Source: Candidatus Peribacteria bacterium (GTDB taxonomy: Bacteria > Patescibacteriota > Gracilibacteria > Peribacterales > Peribacteraceae). Taken from it: a stretch of 64,000 nucleotides of DNA. The DNA lies in assembly GCA_016866875.1 (NCBI GenBank), contig VGKY01000001.1, forward strand, positions 56,057-120,056. Reading direction: 5' to 3'. Below, piece by piece: positions 38,584-48,200 of the stretch (position 1 is the stretch's first letter; each line of letters begins with the position of its first letter). The notes under the pieces are model-generated. The model was given only the letters and a program-made list of their open reading frames with translations, did no database searches and was not told where the DNA came from. Position numbers and translations under genes: made by a program.

Positions 38584-39261
38584 TCATGCTGCGCCCCTTG
38601 TGCCTGTCCATGCATTCTTCCCGATGTGGGGCCTAAAGCGATCCTGTTTGTGCCGCTTATCTACGCGATTCTGCACATCCGACCGTATGGATCGGATTTT
38701 GTCGATGTCACCGATGATCTTCGGATCCTGCGCCGTTTCGAGGAGCGAGCCCAATATGCTCAGTAGCTGATCCTGAGCTGCGCGTGCCTGCGGGTTCGGA
38801 TCCGTGTCTACCGCAAAGTGTTCGTCGATTGCATGGCTGATCGCCTGTACGACTTTCGCTGCACCTTCGATTTCGATGGCGAGCTGTTGCTCTGCACTTC
38901 GGAACTGCGCCATATCTCCCTCTTGGGTGTAGCGCATTTGGGTGCCGACGCTCTGACCATTTCTGAGTCTTTCGATATTGGCGATGTATCCCTCCAGTGC
39001 CCGCACGTGATGCGGATTGATGCTCATGACAATGGCGTTGGCTTCGAACGACTGTAGCGCTTCGCGCTCGCGACTCACCGATGCCGGAGTCTCTGCGTTT
39101 TGCTCCGTTACTTCTTTGCTGTGCTTCTCCGTAACGAGTTGGAGTGCTGCAAACAGATCATCGCGAGCACTTTTCGAAAGCCCGTCGACGCCGGCGAGCT
39201 CCGATGCTTCCGCGAGATCCTCCGGAGTGATGTGTACCTGTTGCGCTTCATGCTTGGACAT
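38584..39261 (-). CDS. Hypothetical helical protein
   Basis: 225-aa ORF. No family recognised. Confidence 0.45.
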   Translation of the reverse strand: MSKHEAQQVHITPEDLAEASELAGVDGLSKSARDDLFAALQLVTEKHSKEVTEQNAETPASVSREREALQSFEANAIVMSINPHHVRALEGYIANIERLRNGQSVGTQMRYTQEGDMAQFRSAEQQLAIEIEGAAKVVQAISHAIDEHFAVDTDPNPQARAAQDQLLSILGSLLETAQDPKIIGDIDKIRSIRSDVQNRVDKRHKQDRFRPHIGKNAWTGTRGAA

Positions 39262-39387
39262 CGGTGTTTCGGGAATAATATAGATATTATATAATATTTA
39301 TACACAAATGCAACTACTCCCAAACGCAGGATTTCGTCGTTTGGGATCCTTCTATTCAAATTCACCGTAGTTCTGCATGATGTCTCC

Positions 39388-39783
39388 ATGTCCCTCCTGC
39401 GCCTCAAAGGTCGTAAAGCATGTGACCGCCTTCAGAAGCTGGGTAATAGCTGGAAGGGCAAGCACATGGTCGTACGGTGGATGCTCGGGCCGCCGCGTGG
39501 CGTGAAGGCTGCCGGAGTCTACTTTGGCATGCGCGCGTCGACGAAGCTCGATAAGTCTGCTGTGCGCCGCAATCGCATGCGTCGGCGCTGCAAGGAAGCA
39601 TTTCGACTGGCCATCGCGGAACTGCCCCCAATAAACGTCTCAGCGCAATTGTTCCTCAGCCCCCGCGCGAGTAGTCTGACGGTGGATTTCTCCGAGCTCC
39701 AGAGCGACGCCCGGCGCTTCCTCTCGTTTCTCACCTCTTCATGCCCTCCTCAAAGACCAGACGCTTCGCAGACTTCTTCCTGA
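39388..39783 (+). CDS. rnpA: Ribonuclease P protein component
   Basis: 131 aa. KSAVRRNRMRRRCKEAFR is the RNR motif. Immediately upstream of and overlapping yidC. Confidence 0.8.
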   Translation: MSLLRLKGRKACDRLQKLGNSWKGKHMVVRWMLGPPRGVKAAGVYFGMRASTKLDKSAVRRNRMRRRCKEAFRLAIAELPPINVSAQLFLSPRASSLTVDFSELQSDARRFLSFLTSSCPPQRPDASQTSS

Positions 39784-40982
39784 TCTTCGCGCTCGTGTAT
39801 CTCGGGACACAGCTGATTACGCGTCAATTCTTTCCGCATGCGAATTCCGACGCTAGCCTACGTCCGGCGCTTGAACTCCGGGCTCAGGATGCGACGGTGA
39901 AAAGTGGCCATCATCCTGTCCTCCTTCTCATCAATAACACCGATCATCCCCTCAGCGTCGAGTCTCGCTGCCCGCAGGCACCGGTGGATTTGTACTTTGG
40001 AGAATCCGATGTCGCTACGCATCCCGATCAGGCAGTTGCGACTACAGAGGTGGCTGTAGACTGCATAGTCATCGAAGCAGTTCCTCCCCACAAGCAAGGG
40101 TTGATCGATCTCGCTCCCTGGAAGTACTCCGCGTTTGATCGTACGGGAAATTACATCGCGACACTTGCCATCGCGCCGCAGCCTGCTGCGGAAACAGGGG
40201 CGCTTCTCCAGGTGTCGTTTGAGATCTACCCAGCAGGGTGGATGACGCGCGTGTTCCGCGCCTTTGTCAGTAAGCCGCTCCTCAATCTTCTCGTTTTCAT
40301 TGCATCCCTGACCCCCGGTTACAACCTCGCCGTCGGCATCGTCGTCCTGACACTCATTGTGAAGTTTCTGCTCTTCGTGCCTACCCAGCACGGTCTCGAG
40401 GGTCAGAAGAAGCTGCAGGCCCTTCAGCCAAAGCTTGATGAAATCCGCAGAAAGCACAAAGGCGATCAGCTGAAGACCAACGAGGAAACCATGAAGTTGT
40501 GGAAGGAGCACAAGATCAATCCGTTCCAGTCCTGTCTGCCCATCCTCATCCAGTTCCCCATTCTCATCGGTCTCTTCTACGCCGTGCGTGACGGGTCGCA
40601 CCTCGCACTCTCAGAGCACCTGCTCTACGCGCCGTACCAGAATCTCCCGTGGACCTTTGGCACGAACTTCTTCGGCATGGATCTTTTACAGCCGAGCGTC
40701 TACCTCTTCCCGCCCCTGCTCGTCATCCTGCAGTTCCTGCAGATGAAGCTCACCTTTGCCCTTGCCGAACGCAAGAAGAAGGCGAAGGAGGGCACGAGCG
40801 AGAAGCCCAAGGAAAAGAAGCCCATGAGCCAGCAGGAGATGCAGCAGAAGATGATGCTCTACGTGCTTCCGCTCATGATCGGTTTCTTCGCGGTGAAGTT
40901 TCCCGCCGCTGTGTCCCTCTACTGGGGCGTGTCGACGCTCTTTGCCATTGGCCAGCAGATCGTCGTGAACCAGAGAGGCTGA
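39741..40982 (+). CDS. yidC: Membrane protein insertase YidC
   Basis: LAVGIVVLTLIVKFLLFVPTQ...QPKLDEIRRKHKGD...MKLWKEHKINPFQSCLPILIQFPILIGLFYA. Confidence 0.9.
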   Translation: MPSSKTRRFADFFLIFALVYLGTQLITRQFFPHANSDASLRPALELRAQDATVKSGHHPVLLLINNTDHPLSVESRCPQAPVDLYFGESDVATHPDQAVATTEVAVDCIVIEAVPPHKQGLIDLAPWKYSAFDRTGNYIATLAIAPQPAAETGALLQVSFEIYPAGWMTRVFRAFVSKPLLNLLVFIASLTPGYNLAVGIVVLTLIVKFLLFVPTQHGLEGQKKLQALQPKLDEIRRKHKGDQLKTNEETMKLWKEHKINPFQSCLPILIQFPILIGLFYAVRDGSHLALSEHLLYAPYQNLPWTFGTNFFGMDLLQPSVYLFPPLLVILQFLQMKLTFALAERKKKAKEGTSEKPKEKKPMSQQEMQQKMMLYVLPLMIGFFAVKFPAAVSLYWGVSTLFAIGQQIVVNQRG

Positions 40983-41302
40983 GCAGATTCCACCCGCAGG
41001 AGTCTACGATGCTCTTGAGTTCGGCGTGCGAATAGTGATAATTTTCAGCCATGGTGAACCGCGTCGATTCCGGAACAGACACGCGCGTTGTCGTTACCGA
41101 TCATGATGGCGTCATCGACTGTCACATTGATCCGACAGGCGTGGAGGTTGCGGTCGCTGAGACCATTATGGAGTCGCGCAGAAGAGCTGCGGAGGTGTGT
41201 GAAGAATTTGATAGGTGTCTATGTCAAAGACAGAGCGCAATCTTCGCTTTGCGTGTTGCGGCGAGTAGCGTTGCATCTCGATGGAATGGTATCTAGCAGC
41301 TC

Positions 41303-42373
41303 CTATGCCACCGTCACCTCTTTGCAGAGGTAGACATCCTGGATGGCATTGAGGAGGGCTACGCCCTCTTCTTTTGGCTTCTGGAAAGCCTTTCTCCCTG
41401 AGATCAGTCCAGAACCCCCTGCGCGCTTGTTGATCACGGCAGTGCGCACTGCTTCCGCGAGATCCGATGCACCTTTGCTTTCGCCACCGCTGTTGATGAG
41501 ACCGATCCTGCCCATGTAGCAGTTGGCCACCTGGTAGCGGCAGAGGTCGATGGGGTGATCGGAGCAGAGCTCTTCGTAGACCCGCTTGTCGGTCTTGCCG
41601 TAGGAGCTTTCCTGACCCATGGCGAGGAAACCTCCGTTGTTGGTTGGGAGCTTCTGCTTGATGATGTCCGCTTCAATAGTGACTCCCAGATGGTTGGCCT
41701 GTCCGGTGAGGTCTGCTGAGGTGTGGTAGTCCTTGTCCTTCTTGAAAGCACCATTTCTCAGGTAGCACCACAGCACCGTAAAGAGCCCTAGCTGATGCGC
41801 TTTTGCAAAGGCATGAGCCACCTCCACAATCTGTCTGCCGCTCTCGGGTGATCCGAAGTAAATCGTCGCGCCGATCCCCTTTGCCCCCATGTCGTAGGCC
41901 TGCTGCACCGTCCCGAACATGATCTGATCGAACTTGTTGGGGTAGGTGAGGAGCTCGTTATGGTTGATCTTCACGATGAACGGGATCTTGTCTGCGTACT
42001 TCTTCGCTACGATTCCCAGAACACCGTACGTCGAGGCGACAGCATTGCACCCTCCGCCTATCGCAAGCTTCATGATGTTCTCCGGATCAAAGTAGTCCGG
42101 GTTTTTCGCAAACGAAGCCCCTGCTGAGTGCTCGATGCCTTGGTCTACGGGGAGAATGCTGAGGTATCCCGTTCCCCCGAGTCTTCCATGTCCATACACT
42201 GCATCCAGATTTTTCTGTACAGCGCTGGATCGGTCGGACTGTTCAAAAATGGTTTTCCAGGAATCCTTCGATGGAACATGCAGACGATCATTGCTGATTT
42301 TTGGCTTGTGGTTGAGAAGATTCGTAGCATCGGTTCCAAGATGAGCGGAGATGTCGGAGAGGGAGAGGGGCAT
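41303..42373 (-). CDS. fbaB: Class I fructose-bisphosphate aldolase (FbaB/DhnA type)
   Basis: Collinear with E. coli FbaB as recalled from memory: [53 protein letters not shown]. Confidence 0.9.
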   Translation of the reverse strand: MPLSLSDISAHLGTDATNLLNHKPKISNDRLHVPSKDSWKTIFEQSDRSSAVQKNLDAVYGHGRLGGTGYLSILPVDQGIEHSAGASFAKNPDYFDPENIMKLAIGGGCNAVASTYGVLGIVAKKYADKIPFIVKINHNELLTYPNKFDQIMFGTVQQAYDMGAKGIGATIYFGSPESGRQIVEVAHAFAKAHQLGLFTVLWCYLRNGAFKKDKDYHTSADLTGQANHLGVTIEADIIKQKLPTNNGGFLAMGQESSYGKTDKRVYEELCSDHPIDLCRYQVANCYMGRIGLINSGGESKGASDLAEAVRTAVINKRAGGSGLISGRKAFQKPKEEGVALLNAIQDVYLCKEVTVA

Positions 42374-42679
42374 GGAAAAGATGGAGATTGCCCTGAGTGT
42401 ACCACGGGTAGTTTTCCCTGCTCATGTGCATCTTGTCGCAACCAGGGATCGCGAGATTTCGAGGCAATCTGCTGAGGGTAAAAATAGACAAATATCTCAA
42501 TATATGTATTGATATTTATATTCTTTTTGCTACGCTAGAGGAAGCTCATTCAAAGATTCGAGCTCGGCAGCAGGTGCGAATATGCGCTTCTCCTGCCTGG
42601 CTCAGAGCATGGCTGTGCGGTGAGGATTCCGCGCGGGTGCTTCAGAAGAAGCTAGGTCAAGCTCCAAGAAGGAGAAGCC

Positions 42680-42856
42680 ATGTTGGTCATAAGTCGCACA
42701 CGTGGAAAGAAGGTTTCCTTCTTTCTGACAACCAACACTTCGACTGTCACAGTTGAAGTGGAGGTGCGGAAAATCAAAAGGGGGAAAGTGACACTGGCCA
42801 TCACGGCCCCGGTCGAGGTGAAGGTGCTCAGAAACGAGCTCCTCAGCCGGCCCTAG
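42680..42856 (+). CDS. csrA: CsrA-like carbon storage regulator (58 aa, below the ORF-track cutoff)
   Basis: Own translation MLVISRTRGKKVSFFLTTNTSTVTVEVEVRKIKRGKVTLAITAPVEVKVLRNELLSRP. Fits MLxLxR...V.lgI.AP..v.v.R.E. RBS AAGGAG lies 7 nt upstream and a terminator follows. Confidence 0.65.
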   Translation: MLVISRTRGKKVSFFLTTNTSTVTVEVEVRKIKRGKVTLAITAPVEVKVLRNELLSRP

Positions 42857-42921
42857 TCCTCAAAGCCGCAAGGCTTTGGCAGTCAATGAAGTCGATCCTG
42901 TTACAGCGGGATCGTCACTCT

Positions 42922-42952
42922 GGCGAGTCCTAAATGGGACTCGCCGGTTTTT
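42922..42952 (+). terminator. Intrinsic terminator after csrA
   Basis: GGCGAGTCC-taaat-GGGACTCGCC followed by GGTTTTT. Confidence 0.75.
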
Positions 42953-43002
42953 CATGTGCTTCGGGTAGAGACGTAGCAGTGTTGCGTCTCTACAATAGGA
43001 TC

Positions 43003-44520
43003 ATGGCGCTATGTCTCTACAACACCCTTACGAAGCGCGAAGAGGATTTCGCTCCTCTCGATCCCGCAGGAAAGGTGGTGACGATGTACACCTGTGGCCC
43101 AACAGTCTATGGTCGCCCGCACATCGGAAACTATGCGTCGTTTCTCATGGCCGATCTCCTGCGAAGATGGCTTCAGGTAGGCCACAACTACAAAGTTCGC
43201 TCCGTGAAGAACATCACCGATGTCGGACATCTCCTGCACGATGCCGATGCAGGCGATGACAAGATTCAAAAAGAAGCGGAGAGACAGAAGACGCAAGAAG
43301 GGCAGGAAGGGGAGGAAGGGCAAAAAGGCAAAAAGACACCAGTGATTACGGGAGTAGTTTCGCGTGAGGATGTCCTCACTGTCGTCGAGCGATACACGCA
43401 GCAATATATAGAGGATGAGAAGGCACTGAATTTTTTGGAGCCTGAGGCGCGACCTCGAGCGAGTGCCTATATACAGGAGCAGTTGGCACTCACCAAGAAG
43501 CTTCTGCAGAGTGGGCATGCGTACGATCTGCCGGACGGCATCTACTTCTCCGTAGAGAGCAAGACCAAAACGCCCTACGGCGCACTTTCCGGAAACACCA
43601 TGGATCAGATCTCCGCGGGCGCGCGCGTCGACGTGCATGAGCTCAAGCGCCACCCTGCCGATTTTGCACTCTGGAAACGCTGCATAGGACAAAACAGCAA
43701 ACATATATTACGTTGGTCTGAAGCCACGGGAGAGGTGTCACATACATCTGGCGAGGACAAAGATTCCGGTTTCCCTGGCTGGCACATTGAGTGCTCTGCG
43801 ATGAGCTCCTCTCTCCTCGGAAAGCAGATCGACATCCACACTGGAGGTGAGGACAACATCTTCCCGCACCATGAGTGTGAGATCGCCCAGAGCGAGTCGG
43901 CATTCGGTGTGTGCCCCTTCGTGCAGATGTGGGTGCACCGCAGGCGCATACACATGGGCAGCGAGAAGATGAGTAAGAGCCTTGGCAATGTGTTAACGAT
44001 ACCGGACATTGTTGCCCAGGGGTTCTCTCCACTGGATGTGCGGTTCTATCTTCTCTCGGTTCACTACCGCACCAATCTCAAATTTTCCATGAAGGGACTC
44101 GAGGATGCGCGCAGTGCGCGGAGGAAGATTGGAGAGTGGATTGCAGATGTTGAGGAGGCAAAAGACGAAAAGGCTACAAAGGACGAAGAAGATTTTCTTC
44201 GACGCTTCTCCAAGGCGATGGATCACGATCTTAATGTCTCCGAAACCCTCGCTGTCGTGTACGAAATAATGGCTTACAGTCGCAATAAAAATGTTCTTGG
44301 TGCATGCAAGAAATTTGCAAAAACTCTCGAGGAAACATTTGGATGCTTCTCCCTGGAACCTTCATCAGTCGATGCCGATGCTCTCGCGCTCGCGCGTGAC
44401 CGCGATGCTGCGCGCGTACGCAAAGACTTCGCCGAGTCCGATCGCTTGCGCGATCAGCTCATGGAGATGGGCTACGAAGTTCGTGATACCAAAGAGGGGA
44501 CAAAGGTGAAGAAGAAGTAG
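43003..44520 (+). CDS. cysS: Cysteinyl-tRNA synthetase
   Basis: Start at MALCLYNTLTKREE. HIGN (GRPHIGNYASF) and KMSKS (EKMSKSLGN) motifs. About 25-aa Q/E/G/K-rich insertion after DKIQKEAE. Confidence 0.95.
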   Translation: MALCLYNTLTKREEDFAPLDPAGKVVTMYTCGPTVYGRPHIGNYASFLMADLLRRWLQVGHNYKVRSVKNITDVGHLLHDADAGDDKIQKEAERQKTQEGQEGEEGQKGKKTPVITGVVSREDVLTVVERYTQQYIEDEKALNFLEPEARPRASAYIQEQLALTKKLLQSGHAYDLPDGIYFSVESKTKTPYGALSGNTMDQISAGARVDVHELKRHPADFALWKRCIGQNSKHILRWSEATGEVSHTSGEDKDSGFPGWHIECSAMSSSLLGKQIDIHTGGEDNIFPHHECEIAQSESAFGVCPFVQMWVHRRRIHMGSEKMSKSLGNVLTIPDIVAQGFSPLDVRFYLLSVHYRTNLKFSMKGLEDARSARRKIGEWIADVEEAKDEKATKDEEDFLRRFSKAMDHDLNVSETLAVVYEIMAYSRNKNVLGACKKFAKTLEETFGCFSLEPSSVDADALALARDRDAARVRKDFAESDRLRDQLMEMGYEVRDTKEGTKVKKK

Positions 44521-44575
44521 CGGAAGTTCATGAACTTCCGCTGCACAGTGCAGCGGAGATTCATGCATCTCCGCC
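44519..44575. repeat. Two adjacent copies of the GCGGAG/AATTCATG hairpin family
   Basis: AGCGGAAGTTCATGAACTTCCGCT (44519-44542) and AGCGGAGATTCATGCATCTCCGCC (44552-44575), overlapping the last 2 nt of the cysS stop codon. Confidence 0.85.
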
Positions 44576-45283
44576 ACGACGGTTATTCGATTTTTCGCAC
44601 CCCAGATAGTGCATGTCTACCGGACCACACTACTTGTAATGTTTGTTCGACAGACATATATATTATAAAACAATAAAAGTGAAAAATATCCACACATTTT
44701 GATTAACGTTAAATTTCCTTGCTATTGGGTGTTTTGATCAAGAATTCATTCTACAAAATAACTATTGGAGCATTTCTGTAGCCTTAAATCGAGACTTCTC
44801 TCCCTCCTCCATGTGTAACACGGCGCCGTTTTGGTCGTTTTTCTGTGTGCACGGAAGAGAAACGGGCCTTGCGTCGGGGTTTACCCCGTCGCTAGAGTCC
44901 CCCAGATCCTCTACTGCGTAGAGTAGAAGAGGGTCCCGTGTACACGCTCCTTCACACTTCGGCACCCTGCCTTTCCGTTCTATGCATTGTCATTCCGGAA
45001 AGACGGCTTCACATCGGTACGATCCGCAGCTTTGCTGTGGAGTATCGTCGTTCCGGTCGTGTTTTGTATTGCACTCACGCATGCTCATTCACGGTTATCG
45101 CTCTCGCACATCTCTTTATATATAAGGAGGCGAGCAGTTCGCACTCTCCTTCGGGAGAACTTCGCACACCTGCTCATCCTTTGTGGGACGACGGCCTGCT
45201 CTATGCGATGGAGTGTTCTTCAGGAGTGAGCGGAGAGGTTCCTCACATTGTTTTTTATTTCTCTTTCTTCCTACGTTCTTCTT

Positions 45284-48200
45284 ATGGATTTTATCCGCAT
45301 CAAGAAGGCGCTCGCGGGAGTCTCTGTCGCGGCTATCGCCCTTACCCAGGTGGGTACGGCGTTTGCCAAGTACAGTGACGTTCCGTCGGGTGTGTGGTTC
45401 GAGGATGCCGTCCAGTCCTTCATGGACGCCGGCTACCTTGACGCCACGAAGGCGAAGTTCCGCCCTGGCGATCTCGCCAACCGCGCGGAGTTCGTCAAGC
45501 TCGTCGTCGAGCTTAACGGCGGCATTCTTTCCACTCCCCCTGCAGTGGCATCCTTTGATGACGTTGCTACGGGTGCGTGGTACTACGGTTACATGGAGGA
45601 GGCTGGCAAGGAGGGCTGGGTCCGTGGTGACGGGAATTGCTACGGCAAGCACCCGTGCTACGCTCGCCCCTCGAGTAACATCAACCGCGCTGAGGCTGCG
45701 GCTCTGATCGTTCGCGCCTTCAACCTCGAGTCGACCGGCGCAGCTGCGCAGTTCGTCGACAACCCCTCCGGACAGTGGTACACGAACGCCGTTCAGACGG
45801 CGGCCGATGCCTGCGTCCTGCAGGGTGATGACTCGACGGGCCGCGTGCGCCCGAGCGACAACATGAACCGTGCAGAAATGGTCACCATGCTCCACCGCGT
45901 CGACCAGGGTTTGACCTATGGTGTCGATTGTGGTTCTGATGACATGGATGGCGCTGCAATGGTCAAGAAGGCCATGGCTATTGGCCCCAAGACCGTTGAG
46001 GTCGAGTTCACGGCTGCCCTCGATCAGGATTCCGCCGAGGACACCGACAACTACACGGTAACGGGTTCCCCGGAGGTTCCGGTCGTTTCCGCAACGCTCA
46101 CGGATGATTCCGTTGTCGAGCTCAGCCTCGGCGAGACCATGGATGCTGGCCACGAGTACACGCTCGCGGTCGATGGCGTCATGTCCGCCGATGGCGATGA
46201 GATTTCCGACTCCGTTTCCTTCACGGGATACACGGAGCTCGTCAAGGGCGATGGCATCCTTGAGCTTTCGCTTTCTTCCAGCAACCCGGTCGGCGACACG
46301 CTCCCGAAGGGTGCTATCGGAGCTGTGATGCTCTCTGCTGATCTCACGGCTTCCTGCGACGATTCCGTTTCCATCGAGCACGTTACCGTCCTCCACGAGG
46401 GCTTCGGTGCTGTTTCCGATGTCGATGGCGTCTACGCAGCGATCAACGGTGCCCGCGTCTCGCGCAAGCGCACGCTGGACTCCGAGGATCAGACCGCAGA
46501 CGTCCGCTTCAGCTCCCCGCTGCAGGTGGATTCCTGCGAGACCGTGACGGTTGATTTCGTCGCGGACTTCATTTCGACGGCCACCACGGCCGCTGAGCAC
46601 AACCTCGTTGTGGAGCTCCCCTCCGATGTCTCGAGCAATGCGAAGGACGTTGAGGGTAACTTCCCGCTTCGTGGTAACACCTTCCGCATCGCTGCCATCA
46701 CGAGCGGTATCGTGACGGTTGCGTACCGCACGGTCTCTCCCGATCAGGTGGAGGTAGGCGACACGGGAGTCGTCGTTGGAAAGTTTGAGGTTTCCGTGAA
46801 CTCCACGGAGGACCAGACTTTCTACTCGATGACCCTTGAGCAAAACAGCTCCGTTTCCGACGGCGATTTCACGAACATCGCGATCCGCCGCACGGACGGA
46901 ACAGTTCTCACCAACACTGTCGCTCAGACGGTTGGTGACTTCATCACGCTGGTCTTCGATCCTCCGTTCACGGTCCTTGAGGGTGACAAAATCACGCTCG
47001 AGGTCATTGCGGACATCGTCGGTGGCGCTGGTGACAGCATCATCATGCACTTCGAGGAGGCTTCCGACATCTTTGCTGTCGGTTCCCTCTACGGTTACGG
47101 AGTCAACGGTCAGCTCTACGGCTCGCAGATTGAACTGCCGGCTACGGACAACGCCGACACGGTGACGATCGATGCTGGTGAGTTCACGATCGGTGTCGAC
47201 GGTCCTGCATCGCAGGACTTCACACGCGACGACAATGATGCGATCCTCGCTAACATCACCTTTAAGACGGGCGGCGAGAAGATCGACATCAAGGATCTCT
47301 ACATCGCTGTTCAGGCTGCTAGCAGCACGGGTGCAGGTCTTGTGCACACCGGAACGAACGATGCGTACGACAACGTCCACGAGATCCTCGAGGACGTCGA
47401 GATCCGCAACACGCGCACGGGCCGCACCATCGATGGTGTGCGTCTGACGGGTGCCAATGATCTTGGTTCCGACACAACGGACACCTTCCAGGTCTACCGC
47501 TTCGACGACTTCGTCGTCTCCGGCGACGAGACATGGGAGTTCCGTGTCGACTTCATCGACAACGGATCGGGCAACCATCCGAAGTCCGGTGACAAGTTCA
47601 AGATCCACATCTGTGGCGAGCCAACGGACATCCTTGATGCTTCCAACAACATCACGGACAACACGACGGGATGTTCCTTCGGAGGTCTCACGACCTCTTC
47701 GGAGACCTACCAGATGCGCATCGAAGGCCTTTCGACGGGAGACAAGGTCGGTGACGTTCGCCCACGCGGCAACATCGCTGGCAACTTCCACCGCATCGCC
47801 GATGCCACGCTCAACATCACGGTGAAGAGCATTGGCACGACCGATACGGCTGTCGAGAACGCCAAGAACGTCAACTTCCTCCGCTTCGAGGCTCGCGCCG
47901 GAGAGGCTGAGGATATCCTTCTCACCAAGCTCATCCTGGCCGCCGACTCCGGCTCCGGTCTGAACGCTCAGAACTACACGCTCTGGGTCGATACGGACGG
48001 CAACGGAACGGTGGATCAGGTACTCGAGAGCGGCGTCGCCGCTCAGGGTTCTTCAGCAAACGCTACGGTCACCTTCAGTGATCTTGTCGGCGGAGGCTAC
48101 GTGATCCCGGCCGAGGAGACTGTGGTCTTCGAGGCTCACGGTGACATTGCCAGCAGTCTCTCGACGACGCTCGGTAGTCACTTGCAGCTGCGCTTTGCTA

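Noticed and set aside
39307-39369. Short ORF upstream of rnpA, where rpmH (L34) is usually found.
   Set aside because: The translation MQLLPNAGFRRLGSFYSNSP lacks the basic L34 pattern. The segment is better explained as the hairpin CCCAAACG...CGTTTGGG.
41051-41296. 81-aa ORF between yidC and fbaB.
   Set aside because: No RBS and no recognisable family. It cannot be excluded as a small gene but there is no positive support.
44685-44695. Single DnaA-box-like TATCCACA, and the GATC cluster at 23761-24123, as a possible oriC.
   Set aside because: There is only one box, no dnaA/dnaN nearby and no AT-rich unwinding repeats next to it. GATC clustering alone is not diagnostic outside gammaproteobacteria.
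44780-45100. RNase P RNA-like strings on the minus strand (CAUAG..GGCAGGGUGCC, GGGGUAAACCCC, GUGCACACAGAAAAAC).
   Set aside because: The universally conserved GAGGAAAGUCCGG and ACAGAAnnCGGCUUA P4 strands and the GGUAAGGGUGAAA block could not be found in the right order on either strand. The resemblance may be chance and only a covariance-model search can decide.
45116-47791. 891-aa ORF antisense to the S-layer gene. Similar long shadow ORFs include 10773..11705, 6059..6787, 20291..21376, 53880..54878, 54960..55871 and 56463..57326.
   Set aside because: They lie opposite genes with clear homology and have Arg/Gly/Asp/Val-heavy composition typical of antisense frames in GC-rich coding DNA. None has a recognisable motif.
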